Shown: positions 46,264-56,042 of the stretch, piece after piece
Layout of the letters: every line of letters begins with the position of its first letter
Position numbering within the stretch: position 1 is the first letter of the stretch
IMG/VR virus record: IMGVR_UViG_3300025732_000017
From: a virus
DNA: 64,000 nt
Strand: one strand, 5' to 3'
Notes under the pieces: generated by a model
Database searches by the model: none
What the model saw: the letters and a program-made list of their open reading frames with translations, nothing else
What the model was told of the DNA's origin: nothing
Position numbers and translations under genes: made by a program

Positions 46264-48077
46264 TCTGACACAGCTTTTCCAGGGCCTTGACAGAGCACCA
46301 GTTTCGCCCTATACTGGTACCATGATCGGAAACAAGGAGACAGCGATGACCAAGATCCGCTTCACGGCCCCCTCCCCTCGCGCCGACCGCATCCACGGCC
46401 TGACCAAGATGGGTCGCGCCATCGTGGACTACTTCGCGGCTCGCCCGGGTCAGGTGATCTCCCGCACCACGGTGGAGCTGCACCTCGCCTCGCGTGGCTT
46501 CAAGCGCCCCGCGGTCACCGCGACGGTCTGCTCGGATCTGGCCCACTCGGGTCATCTGAAGCCGATGCCGTTCGGCATGTACCAGTTCCGCGCTGCGGCC
46601 TAAGGAAAGGATTGATCATGCATACCATCACGTTCCTCGCTCAGTCGCTGGCTCTGGCTGGTGTTCTGTTCGCCGCTGGCGTCGGCCTGGTCGCGCTGAT
46701 CGGGTTCTTCGCTGATCGCAACCGCTAAGGAGCAAGACCATGTTTAGGATCACCGAAGGCAGGGGTTTTCAGATGACGTTCGCAAACGGATGGACGGTCT
46801 CTGTCCAATGGGGTGCTGGCAATTACTGTCCGAACCACCACGTCCTTCCGTCTGGTAAGTCGGAGAGGGCTTATGAAGATATGCAGCGTAAGCTGGGCGA
46901 GGAGGGCGTGCTTGTCGCGGAGGCAGGCTGGTGGAAGGGCTCCGGTGACGTGGAGGTTAGTGGTTTCATGACGCCCGACCAGGTTCTGGCCCTCATGGTC
47001 GAGCTGGCAGCTAGGGAGTAAGACCGTGGTCTGCATTTCCGTGGACACGCTGGCTCTGTTCGCATTTGGTATCAGTCTGGTCGTGCTGGCTCGACTGATC
47101 ACCCGCAACCGCTAAGGAGATGCACATGGATTGCCTTCAGCCGCTAGTTTTCTTTCTGACCTACGCTGCGGTGCTCGGCATCGCCGTGTGGGTTGTAATC
47201 GCCATCCGTAATGAGGAGTAAGATCATGACAATGGATTCCAGGGAGCTGGCGAAGGCGCTGGCTGAGAAGGCGAAGGCTGCTTCCATTCCCTATTCGGAG
47301 TATGAGGCGAAGGTGGACTATCCGTTCGCCCTGGGCTATCTGACAGGCACCGTGCAGGATCTTCTGCTCCGCCTGTCGCCAGGCCAGCGCGAGACTATTG
47401 CGAAGCAGTACGGTATCAGCTGAGGAGACAGAGATGACCGAGACCCTGGAGCTGGCGAAGGCGCTGGCTGAGAATGAAGAGCTGCGCGTGGCCAATAAAG
47501 AGTTGGTGTTGGGTATCACCACCATAACTCTCCGCCTTCTGGAAGATATTGATCGACAGCGCGCGGAGAATGAAGGGCTGCGCGCGGAGAATGAAGGGCT
47601 GCGCGCAGAGCTGCGCCAGGCGATCAAGGAGCTGGCAGATTGTGAACAGTTCAGCGACTACTAACTCGCCGGCTCCGACCGCTAACCCCTTGATCTGACA
47701 CGGTAATTCCAGCCTTGACATAGGCCTGATCCCACCCTATACTGAGTACATAAGGTGGAAACAAGGAGACGACAGATGACCCAGATCCCCGCAACCAAGG
47801 TCTATATCCTCTTCGTGGAAGAGACCGCGCATGGTGGTTGGGAGTGGGAGACCCATCTCCATGGTGTATATGCGACGCGGGAGAAGGCTCAGGAGGCCCG
47901 TAAGGCTCTCGCAGCCAAGAGGGCGTTCTCGATTCGCTGCGGTGAGTGGAAGTCGCGCATCCGCGCTGTGCCTCTGCATGCCTAACCCCTTGATCTGACA
48001 CGGCAATTCCAGCCTTGACATAGGCCTGATCCCGCCCTATACTGAATACATAAGTTGGAAACACAAGGAGACGACGA

Positions 48078-48404
48078 ATGGCGAAGCTGCTGATCCAGAC
48101 CCAGGTCTATGAGAACTACGGCGCCCATGATTGGAACGGCGAGGGCGAGTGCCCGCAGTACTGGAAGCCGAAGTTTGGTTCGGACTACGTCCTTCCCAAT
48201 TTCACCGCCTTCACCGACGCGGCCTCGGTGGTCGAGGCGCTGAAGCCTCAGGTGGAGGCCAACGACCACAGCTGGCGCGAGTGGATCATCCACTGGGAGG
48301 TGCTGGCCGATGACCAGCCGACGCCCTGGGAGGCCGACCAGCTCCGCTGGGATGGTCGAGTGACCTTCCCAGCCAAGGTCCTCACCCTCCCGGTGGCGGC
48401 CTGA
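48078..48404 (+). CDS. Early hypothetical phage protein
   Basis: IQTQVYENYGAHDW.G.GECPQYWKPK.G. Confidence 0.65.
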   Translation: MAKLLIQTQVYENYGAHDWNGEGECPQYWKPKFGSDYVLPNFTAFTDAASVVEALKPQVEANDHSWREWIIHWEVLADDQPTPWEADQLRWDGRVTFPAKVLTLPVAA

Positions 48405-48423
48405 ACGGAACAAGGAGACAGAG

Positions 48424-48767
48424 ATGACGCAGACCTTCGATTTCGGCTTCGGCCCTGTCCCGGCTCACAAGCACCCGAATGGCGGTGGCTGGGTCGCCGA
48501 CACCGCTTATGTCGCCGACACCGCTTATGTCGGGCCTGATGCTCGGGTCTTCGGCAATGCTGTGGTCGGCAGCAATGCTCGGATCTACGGCTATGCTCGG
48601 GTCTACGGCAATGCCTGGGTCTGCGACGATGCTCGGGTCGGCGACAAGGCTCTGGTCTCCGATATGCTATAGTCAACGGCAATGCTGTGGTCTCCGGCAA
48701 TGCTGTGGTCGGCGGCAGCGCTTGGGTCGGCGGCAATGCTTGGGTCACCGAGGGTACTCACACCTAA
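48424..48767 (+). pseudogene. Hexapeptide (A.V.GN) repeat gene interrupted by a 1-nt frameshift
   Basis: ARVYGN repeats stop at 48672 but continue in another frame to TAA 48767; GATATGCT where GATAATGCT is expected. Confidence 0.6.
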
Positions 48768-48857
48768 CCCATTGATCTGACACGGCAATTCCAGCCTTGA
48801 CCTGGCGCCAGATCCGCCCTATACTGAGTACATAAGTTCGAAACAAGGAGAGCAGAG

Positions 48858-49109
48858 ATGCAGACGTTCCGTGTTGTGATAGACCTTGACAGCGAGTGGA
48901 CTCTTGGCGAGTTCCTCAACCTGCTCTCTGAGCATGGCTCGCCGCGGATTGTGTGCTATGACGCGACTCCCGACGCTGGCGGCAGCCCGATGATGATCCT
49001 TGAATTCACGTCCTATGAGGATGCGCTGGGGTTCGCCCAGCTTTGGTTCGCCGAGGACGAGGCGCCATCGCGGATGTCGGCGGAGTACGTGGAGACGATT
49101 ACGGTGTAA
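48858..49109 (+). CDS. Acidic early protein, paralog of 44608..44853
   Basis: See paralog. Confidence 0.7.
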   Translation: MQTFRVVIDLDSEWTLGEFLNLLSEHGSPRIVCYDATPDAGGSPMMILEFTSYEDALGFAQLWFAEDEAPSRMSAEYVETITV

Positions 49110-49192
49110 CCCCTTGATCTGACACGGCTTTTCCAGCCTTGACAGAGGCCTGATCGGGACCCTATACTGAGTACATGATCAAGGAGACAGAG

Positions 49193-49537
49193 ATGACCCA
49201 GACCTTCACTGCCCCGCACGACCTCGACCTCGCGCTGACGGCCTACGCCGATGCGCTGGAGCAGAAGCGCACCGCGGCGGCCAACATGGCCAGCTACCAC
49301 GTGTCGGTCACCTTTGAGCCCGGGTCCAAGTACCTGCGCGTGGTGATGGCTGATGGGTACAGGACCACGGGCACGCACCGGTCCGCCTACGCCTTCATCG
49401 TGGCGAAGGACATGGGCCAGTTCAAGGTGGGTGACATCCTGAAGGCGGCCTCCTGGAAGGCTCCGGCCAAGAACTTCGCCCGGGGCAATGTGTTCCGCCC
49501 GGAGACCTACGCGAAGCACAGCCCGTACGGGCTTTGA
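49193..49537 (+). CDS. Early hypothetical protein, paralog of 36088..36429
   Basis: See paralog. Confidence 0.7.
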   Translation: MTQTFTAPHDLDLALTAYADALEQKRTAAANMASYHVSVTFEPGSKYLRVVMADGYRTTGTHRSAYAFIVAKDMGQFKVGDILKAASWKAPAKNFARGNVFRPETYAKHSPYGL

Positions 49538-49946
49538 TCCGAACCAAGGAGTCTATCATGAACCAGCCGACCAAAGCCTTCCTCATCCAGCTCCGCGACC
49601 TCTGCCGCGCCCATGGCGTGGATTTCTCTGCTGACCTGAATGGCGTGTCCTTCACCAGCGCCGATGAAAGCCCGATCTACTGGGTCCACGCCGACGTGGA
49701 GAGCCTCGAGGACCTCGAGGCCCAGCTGGCGCAGGACTGATCTAAGCCATTGATCTGACACGGCTTTTCCAGCCTTGACCTGGCGCCAGATCCGCCCTAT
49801 ACTGAGTACATGATCAAGGAAAGGAAGACAGAGATGAACCGGATCGTGATCGCCTGCCACCTGTTCAATACGGCCGTGGCTTTTACCTACCTCGCGACGT
49901 GGCTGTTCAAGTAAGCAACCACCCCATCCCAACCAAGGAGATCCCT

Positions 49947-50660
49947 ATGACCGTGACGTATCACGACCACTCCACCACCCCCTTCACCTACCGCACCGAC
50001 GCCTTCAAGGGCGCGACCCTGGCTGTCTGGTCCGAGTGCATCCGCATCATGTCGGATGTGTGGGCGCACGAACAGCGCGCCCTGGTGTGGGATGAGGAAG
50101 CCGGCAAGTTCGGCACCCTCTCGCTGGACAATTCCGAATTCTCCAGCAAGACCCAGCCCCAGCACGCCACCGTGGACGCGCCGGCCGAGCTGATCGCCCG
50201 CTACCGCGATTCCGTCATCGCCCGCAACCACACCCGCCTCCTCGAGGCCTTCAAGGCCAAGAAGGAAGAGGAGCGCATGGCCGTCCGCACCGGCGCCGTC
50301 GTCCTGGTCAAGCGTGGCCGCAAGGACATCGGCAAGGTGGGGAAGGTGGTCTTTATCAAGGACATGCCCTACTCCACCGGCTGGCGCTCCCACCTGGCGC
50401 CCAAGGCCTGCATCGCCCTCGATGGTCAGAAGACCACCGTCCAGGGCCGCTATGGCAAGACCTTCGACCGCTACACCAACACCATCTGGGTGTGGGTGAA
50501 GAACCTGGACCTGGCGAAGGTGCCGGCGCCCTATGAGGTCACCGACGAGGATCTGGCGCGCATCCGCCAGCAGGCTGAAGCCGAGGCTGACATGCAGCTG
50601 ATCCGCTGGGGCATGAAGGAGGTGTCGTGGCGCAAGCCGGCGAGCTGGCAGGCAGCGTGA
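49947..50660 (+). CDS. Hypothetical protein with SH3/KOW-like central segment
   Basis: GAVVLVKRGRKDIGKVGKVVFI; AAGGAG RBS. Confidence 0.6.
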   Translation: MTVTYHDHSTTPFTYRTDAFKGATLAVWSECIRIMSDVWAHEQRALVWDEEAGKFGTLSLDNSEFSSKTQPQHATVDAPAELIARYRDSVIARNHTRLLEAFKAKKEEERMAVRTGAVVLVKRGRKDIGKVGKVVFIKDMPYSTGWRSHLAPKACIALDGQKTTVQGRYGKTFDRYTNTIWVWVKNLDLAKVPAPYEVTDEDLARIRQQAEAEADMQLIRWGMKEVSWRKPASWQAA

Positions 50661-51031
50661 GGTGGCGCCCCGGTGGTGTAAAGCACAGAGCGAAGCGTGA
50701 ACACCACCGGGGCTGTACAGACCTTTACATAAGGCGAAAACTATATGGGGTTTGGGAAGACACTCTTTTAGCGACCACACCGGTTCAGAGCGCGTCCCAT
50801 TTTTTCGCTGTGGGGGTCTGCATATCTCTGCACGATTCTGCACCCCCCGTCAGTTTCTGTGTTTTTTCCTCTAAGTTCTCCCCGTATTTCTCTGTGCGCC
50901 CTTATTGTTCTACATACCCCCCGTCAAATCTCTGTGGAATTCCGCTAAGTTCTACCCCGTACTTTGTTCTTGACTATGTGTTTTTGGAATGATACACTAC
51001 CTAGTGTAGGGTATGAACAATAGGTATTATC

Positions 51032-52460
51032 GTGGAAAACATTCATTCTGATATTCTGAGTCCTCTTCATAGTATTCTACATGCTCATATATGGATGAAT
51101 GTAGGGTTCAGAGGGTTCAAATTTGATAGCAACATGGATGTTTTGAATGGTGTTTCATCAATGATTCATCCTGTTAGCTGGAGCTGTGTTCAAGAGATAT
51201 GGAAGCAGGATGTGAACTCATGAATTCTGTCAAAGATCAAGTTTGGGATCGAGTTTGGGATCAAGCCAGAATTCAAGTCTGTGATCAAGCCGGGAATCCA
51301 GTCTGGATTGTCTGGATTCAAGTCTGGAATCAAGTCAGGTATAAGTCATGAATTCTGTCAAAGATCAAGTTTGGAATCAAGTTTGGGATCGAGTTTGGAA
51401 TCAAGTTTGGGATCAAGTTTGGGATCAAGTCGGGATTCAAGTCTGTGATCAAGCCGGGAATCAAGTCTGGCTTCAAGTCTGGGATCAAGTCGGGAATCGA
51501 GCCCGGATTCAAATCAGGAATCAATCATGAATTCTGTCAAGAGTATGATTTGGGTTCAAACTCCACATCCAGTCATCTGGCATCAGCATCAAGCCTGGCT
51601 CCAAGTCTGGAATCAAGTCTGTGATCAATTCGGGAATCAAGTCTTCCTTCAAGTCGAGGATCATCAAGCCTGGAATCAAGTCTTGTATCAAATCAGGATT
51701 CAATCATGAAGTCTGTCAAGTCTAAATTCTGGTATCAAGTTAGGGATCAAGTCGGGAATCAAGTCTCCAATCAAGTCTTGTCTCAAGTCTGGGGTCAAGT
51801 CTGGAATCAAGACGGAGATACGTTGTGAAGTCTGTCAAAGATCAAGTTCATGACCAAGTCTGGCGTCAAGTCAGGAATCAAGTCTGGGATCAAGTCAGGA
51901 TTCAAGACGGACATCAAGTCTGGCATCAAGTCTTTGATCAAATCGAGAATCAAGTCATGAATCAAATCTGGGCTCAAGTCTGGTATCAATCATGAAACAT
52001 GTTGATCGAGAAGTCTGGTTTCAAGTCTGGCTTCAAGTCAGGAATCAAGTCGAGGATCAAGTCTTGGATCAAGTCGAGAATCAAATCTGGAATCAAGTTC
52101 GGGATCAAGTCGGAGATACGTTATGAATTCTGTCAAGAGTATGATTTGGGTTCAAACTCCAACTCTAGTCATCTGGCGTCAAGTGTCGCATCCCTTCTGG
52201 GATAGAATCAGGAGTGAAATCTATATGCCTGTTTGGAGGGAGCCGAATAATGTTTTGATTGCTCTGAAGCAGGATGTGAACTCATGAATTCTGTCAACGA
52301 TCCGGTCTGGAATCGAGCATCTAGTTCAGCTCCACCCGTCAGCCATCAAGTCACGCCTCGTGTCTCTGGTCCGGTCTGGAATGAAGTGTATATTCCTGTT
52401 TTGGAAACACTCAACATTGTTTTGACTGCTCTGAAGCAGGATATTACAAGTGGTTCATGA
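51032..52460 (+). repeat. QV microprotein cluster D: about 9 tandem coupled ORFs
   Basis: 51032..51223 (diverged), 51220..51351, 51348..51530, 51527..51709, 51706..51828, 51825..51995, 51992..52126, 52123..(frameshift)..52287, 52284..52460; ATGA/GTGA overlaps; M(N/K)SVK starts. Confidence 0.8.
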
Positions 52461-52551
52461 ATGGTTTGTAATGGATTCTGGTGATGGTACGCTGCGTTAT
52501 AGATAGGTATAGGGGATGTTCCCCTTACATGTCTCTCAATGGAGAATACAC

Positions 52552-52725
52552 ATGAGAACACTCGCATTTGCTATTGCTACGATTTTTGCTCTGAATACTG
52601 GTGTTGCTTTGGCTGCTGATCCACCAAAGGCTCCTGCTGCGAAGACTGACGCTGCCAACAAGAAGAAGGCACCAAAGAAGAATGCTGATGCAAAGAAGAC
52701 ACCAGCGCCAGCTGCCAAGAAGTAA
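52552..52725 (+). CDS. Secreted Lys/Ala-rich peptide
   Basis: Signal peptide (ALA/AD) plus low-complexity KKAP tail. Confidence 0.65.
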   Translation: MRTLAFAIATIFALNTGVALAADPPKAPAAKTDAANKKKAPKKNADAKKTPAPAAKK

Positions 52726-52786
52726 CATGTGAGATTGTGGGGGGCTCTACAGTCGTGGAGCCTCCTTTTTTTTATTGGAGGAAGGA

Positions 52787-53182
52787 ATGATAGAGTGCTT
52801 GATCTTGGGTGATTCCATTGCTGTTGGCATACAGCAGCATCGCATTGAATGTGCGTCATATGCACATGTCGGATGGACATCGGAGAAATGGAATCGTACA
52901 TACCTGAACAAGGATTTGTCTGCACAAGTCGTTGTCATATCCCTTGGCTCCAATGATTGGTCCGATAAGGTTACCAAGTATGAACTGATGCGTCTCCGCG
53001 AGAAGGTTCGTGCCGATCTCGTGTTTTGGATATTGCCCGCGATAAAGCCCGAGATACGAAACGTGGTGCGTGAGGTCGCTGACATGCGTGGTGACTTGGT
53101 CGTGCCAATTACAGATATATCCAAGGATGGTGTTCATCCGACGCCAGCTGGATACAAGGAACTTGCAAGAAAGGTAAAATGA
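52787..53182 (+). CDS. SGNH/GDSL hydrolase-like protein
   Basis: ILGDSIAVG, SLGSND, DGVHPT. Confidence 0.85.
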   Translation: MIECLILGDSIAVGIQQHRIECASYAHVGWTSEKWNRTYLNKDLSAQVVVISLGSNDWSDKVTKYELMRLREKVRADLVFWILPAIKPEIRNVVREVADMRGDLVVPITDISKDGVHPTPAGYKELARKVK

Positions 53183-53183
53183 A

Positions 53184-53900
53184 ATGAAGCTGCATGAATT
53201 GAAAATGGACAAGGAGACATGCGACAAGTTGATTGCATGTGCGATCTCCATGGAATCTGCCGAGGAGACGCGAGGTGATCGTGATGGTACACCTGCGTTT
53301 GTCAGTCGCACAAAAGAGGTGATGCCAGGTCTACATAAACATCCAATTGGACCTAATGGAACTCTATCATCCATTAGTCGCACAAAAGGTGGAATCAAGG
53401 AGTCAGCTGCGATCAAGGATCGCAGCATGTTTGCTGATGACCGAGAATACCTGATTCTGAAGCACTATGAAAATCATCAGGAATCTGGATACACGAATTA
53501 TACGTCGGCTGAGATTGATGCTTTGGTTCCACAGGAAATTCTGGATCATTTCAAGTTGCGTCGTGAGGATTGTCGCATTGACGTAAAGCGTTCTTCTCCG
53601 GGAAAAATACACATTCCACACAAGGACTATTACATCAACTACAAGTACAATCTCGTGGACAACAATGGAAATCTCGAATACGTTCCAAAGGATTCCATGA
53701 ATGGCATTGATGTCATACGAATCTGGATTACATTGACGGAACCGCGCTTTGGTCATGTATTGATCGTTGAGGACACTCCATTCTACCATTTGGAGCAGGG
53801 TTCAATCGTGACATGGGATACGCATGAACTGCACACGGCTGCAAATCTTGGATATGAGGATAGGTTCATCATGACGATTACGGGAAGCATTTGTGCGTAA
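53184..53900 (+). CDS. Fe(II)/2OG-type cupin dioxygenase, third paralog
   Basis: IPHKD...RIWITLTEPRFGH...WDTHELHTAANLGYEDR. Confidence 0.7.
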   Translation: MKLHELKMDKETCDKLIACAISMESAEETRGDRDGTPAFVSRTKEVMPGLHKHPIGPNGTLSSISRTKGGIKESAAIKDRSMFADDREYLILKHYENHQESGYTNYTSAEIDALVPQEILDHFKLRREDCRIDVKRSSPGKIHIPHKDYYINYKYNLVDNNGNLEYVPKDSMNGIDVIRIWITLTEPRFGHVLIVEDTPFYHLEQGSIVTWDTHELHTAANLGYEDRFIMTITGSICA

Positions 53901-54105
53901 GATGGAAACACCCTGCGTCAAGGTTTGCGTGATTGACGAGAAGACGACGCATTGCATTGGATGTGGGCGCACTCGCCGCGAGATTGCCGAGTGGACATGC
54001 TTGACAAAGAACGAGCGGTTGTCTATAATGGCAGAATGCTTGGTTCGCATTGAGAGGATGACGAAACGTGGAAAACTGGATTCGGGAAAAAGTAGACGCG
54101 ACTGA
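53893..54105 (+). CDS. DUF1289-like Cys-rich protein
   Basis: TPCVKVC......CIGCGRT..EIAEW. Confidence 0.8.
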   Translation: MRKMETPCVKVCVIDEKTTHCIGCGRTRREIAEWTCLTKNERLSIMAECLVRIERMTKRGKLDSGKSRRD

Positions 54106-54929
54106 CATGGAGACGAAGATTGCTCTGGTCGCATGGGTCATGAAGCATATCGTGGATCATGCGAAAGATGGCGGTTCTTTTCGATATCTGATCTACACTC
54201 GTCTTGGACTGGATACGTCTGCGTATGTTCCACTGTGTGCTGATGGCATGACGATTTCCAATGAGTTTGATCTAAATCTGAAGGATGATCTGGTCGCAGC
54301 ATTGAAGGCGAAGGATTATCGCAAGATGAAGGATATCCTTGGATTGTGCGATCAGTTGGATTGTTGGAATCATGCATCTGTCTGGACACCTCAGGTTGAT
54401 GGTGTTTCCGCGCTGTGTTTCATGCATTCTGGAAAAGACTTGTGCGGTAATAAAGACGCTTGACATTTCCAATAGTTTGGTGCATAATGACAGCATGATG
54501 TACACGATACACTTCACCAATCTGGAAAGCGCGGACGCTGAGTTCGCGCATTTTCATGATGTTCTGGATCATCTTCGCACACACAACTTTACTGCTACTG
54601 TAAAGCGCGATGGGCGAGTTATCGCGACATGGTCTCCGTCTAATGGACTGGACATGTCTTTTCCTACCATGGAGAGTTTTGAAAATGTCTAGTAGGTCCT
54701 ACGATATTGATCCTGTGCTTGAGGAGTTTCCTGGGCGCTGTGGTTTCCAAATCTTCCTCTTTGAGGGAGATGATTGCGTGTGGGAAGATTTCTTCGCGAC
54801 GAAGGAAGACGCTGTGGATTTTGGCGAGGACTTCCTTGAGGGTTGGTTCCGCGATGGCTTTCCGACCTCGCATGTCAAGTGGCATCAGGAGAGGGAGACG
54901 CGAATTCCATACGATGCATAAATATTCGT

Positions 54930-55520
54930 ATGGATACATTCAAAAGATTTCTAGAAGAGCGTTTCGTCAATTTGTTGCATGATGATCCTCGCAAGCATCA
55001 ATATGCTGATGAGGTTCATGGTATGCTGCAGAAGGCTTATGAGAAGATCGGAGGCATTCATGGCTCTGGCTTCCGCGACAAGCACGACATGATCAAGAAC
55101 ATTCCGATGTGGAAGCTGAAGAAGAAGGGTGGCAAGATCGTCTCTGCTGTCTTCTACAAGGACAAGGATGGGCGCAAGTCCGTTGCTACTGCTTCCGATG
55201 GTTCGGAAGAAGGTAAAAAGGGTGTTGCTGAGATCTTTCGTGATGATCTGAAGCGTGGTCGTGCATATGGCGAGAGATCTTCCGCTGCTCTATCATTCAC
55301 CAAGAGAGTAGTTGGTGCAGATGAGTTGGGCAAGCATGTTGTTCCATATCATCATGTACACAAGCATTTGTCTCCAGGTGAGGAGATTCGTCGCCCACCA
55401 GAGAATGATCCTGAGTTACAAAGACATCCAGAATATAGAGATCATTTTTATCAGAGAAAGATTGGTGATGCGTGGCACACCAAGTTGATGATTGGCAAGC
55501 CAGGGATGAAGTTGAAATGA
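54930..55520 (+). CDS. Late hypothetical protein (possible virion-internal)
   Basis: CATAAATA at 54917; N-terminus MDTFKRFLEE. Confidence 0.65.
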   Translation: MDTFKRFLEERFVNLLHDDPRKHQYADEVHGMLQKAYEKIGGIHGSGFRDKHDMIKNIPMWKLKKKGGKIVSAVFYKDKDGRKSVATASDGSEEGKKGVAEIFRDDLKRGRAYGERSSAALSFTKRVVGADELGKHVVPYHHVHKHLSPGEEIRRPPENDPELQRHPEYRDHFYQRKIGDAWHTKLMIGKPGMKLK

Positions 55521-56042
55521 GATCTTATAGAATTGTTGAAGTGATTTCCAACCTGCACAAGAACTATGTGGTTCATTTGTATGAGGCTGGGATTGAGGAA
55601 GAGAAGCGGCTTGTATTTGAGAGCCGTGATCGTGCCGAAGAAGCAGCTCTGCATTATGTCACCGAGTACAGTGGTTATTTGCCATTTGATGATGAGTGAC
55701 GCTGTTCGCTAAATAATTTCGTATATCATGTATCTGATGAAACATACAGACACTCCAATGATGTGGATTTCAGAACATGAACATAAACATAGACAAGATC
55801 CTAAGGGATCCAAGGCAAGACCTATTCGTTTATGATAATATCTCCAAGAGATGGTATTGCCGAGAATACTCCGATTCCATTTGTCCAGAACCAAGCATAG
55901 AGTTTTATACCAAACTCGTCGTCATGGAAATTTTGGTGATGTTGGGTGAATGCGAAAATCCCCAGAAAAAAGTCCTTGACGGCGCTGATCGCATTGACTA
56001 TAATAGATTCATTGATATGGTTCGTGAAAGGTTCAATGTACC

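Larger units (their letters stand above)
36002..49830 (+). repeat. Dispersed array of about 19 extended early-promoter repeats
   Basis: Consensus TAAnnnnTTGATCTGAn(4-5)GnAATTCCAG(n)CCTTGACA-N17-TAT(A/T)CTG..., TTGAC at 36036, 39699, 40053, 40880, 41198, 42190, 42501, 43237, 44238, 44549, 44885, 45146, 45971, 46287, 47715, 48015, 48797, 49139, 49775; looser copies at 12196 and 12741. Confidence 0.9.

Noticed and set aside
40800-49830. Promoter repeats as integron attC sites
   Set aside because: Some start with RYYYAAC at a stop codon, but there is no complementary GTTRRRY end, no long imperfect palindrome and no integrase; they contain -35/-10/RBS instead
43054-50843. Long minus-strand ORFs in the GC-rich block (e.g. 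43054..44067, 45168..45962, 49887..50843)
   Set aside because: Antisense shadows of plus-strand genes caused by high GC3; all promoters and RBS point to the plus strand
34024-51989. Minus-strand 'IPDL/LIPD' repeat ORFs and alternative-frame 'SGIK/SSLE' ORFs in the track
   Set aside because: Shadow frames of the QV repeats; only the QV frame has consistent paralogous starts, ends and coupling
33999-52460. QV 12-bp repeats as a CRISPR array
   Set aside because: Units are contiguous 12-mers in frame within ORFs with starts, stops and ATGA coupling; there are no unique 30-40-bp spacers and no cas genes
33083-52460. QV arrays as diversity-generating retroelement template/variable repeats
   Set aside because: No reverse transcriptase in the window, and the most conserved core (CAAGTC) keeps its adenines, contrary to A-specific mutagenesis
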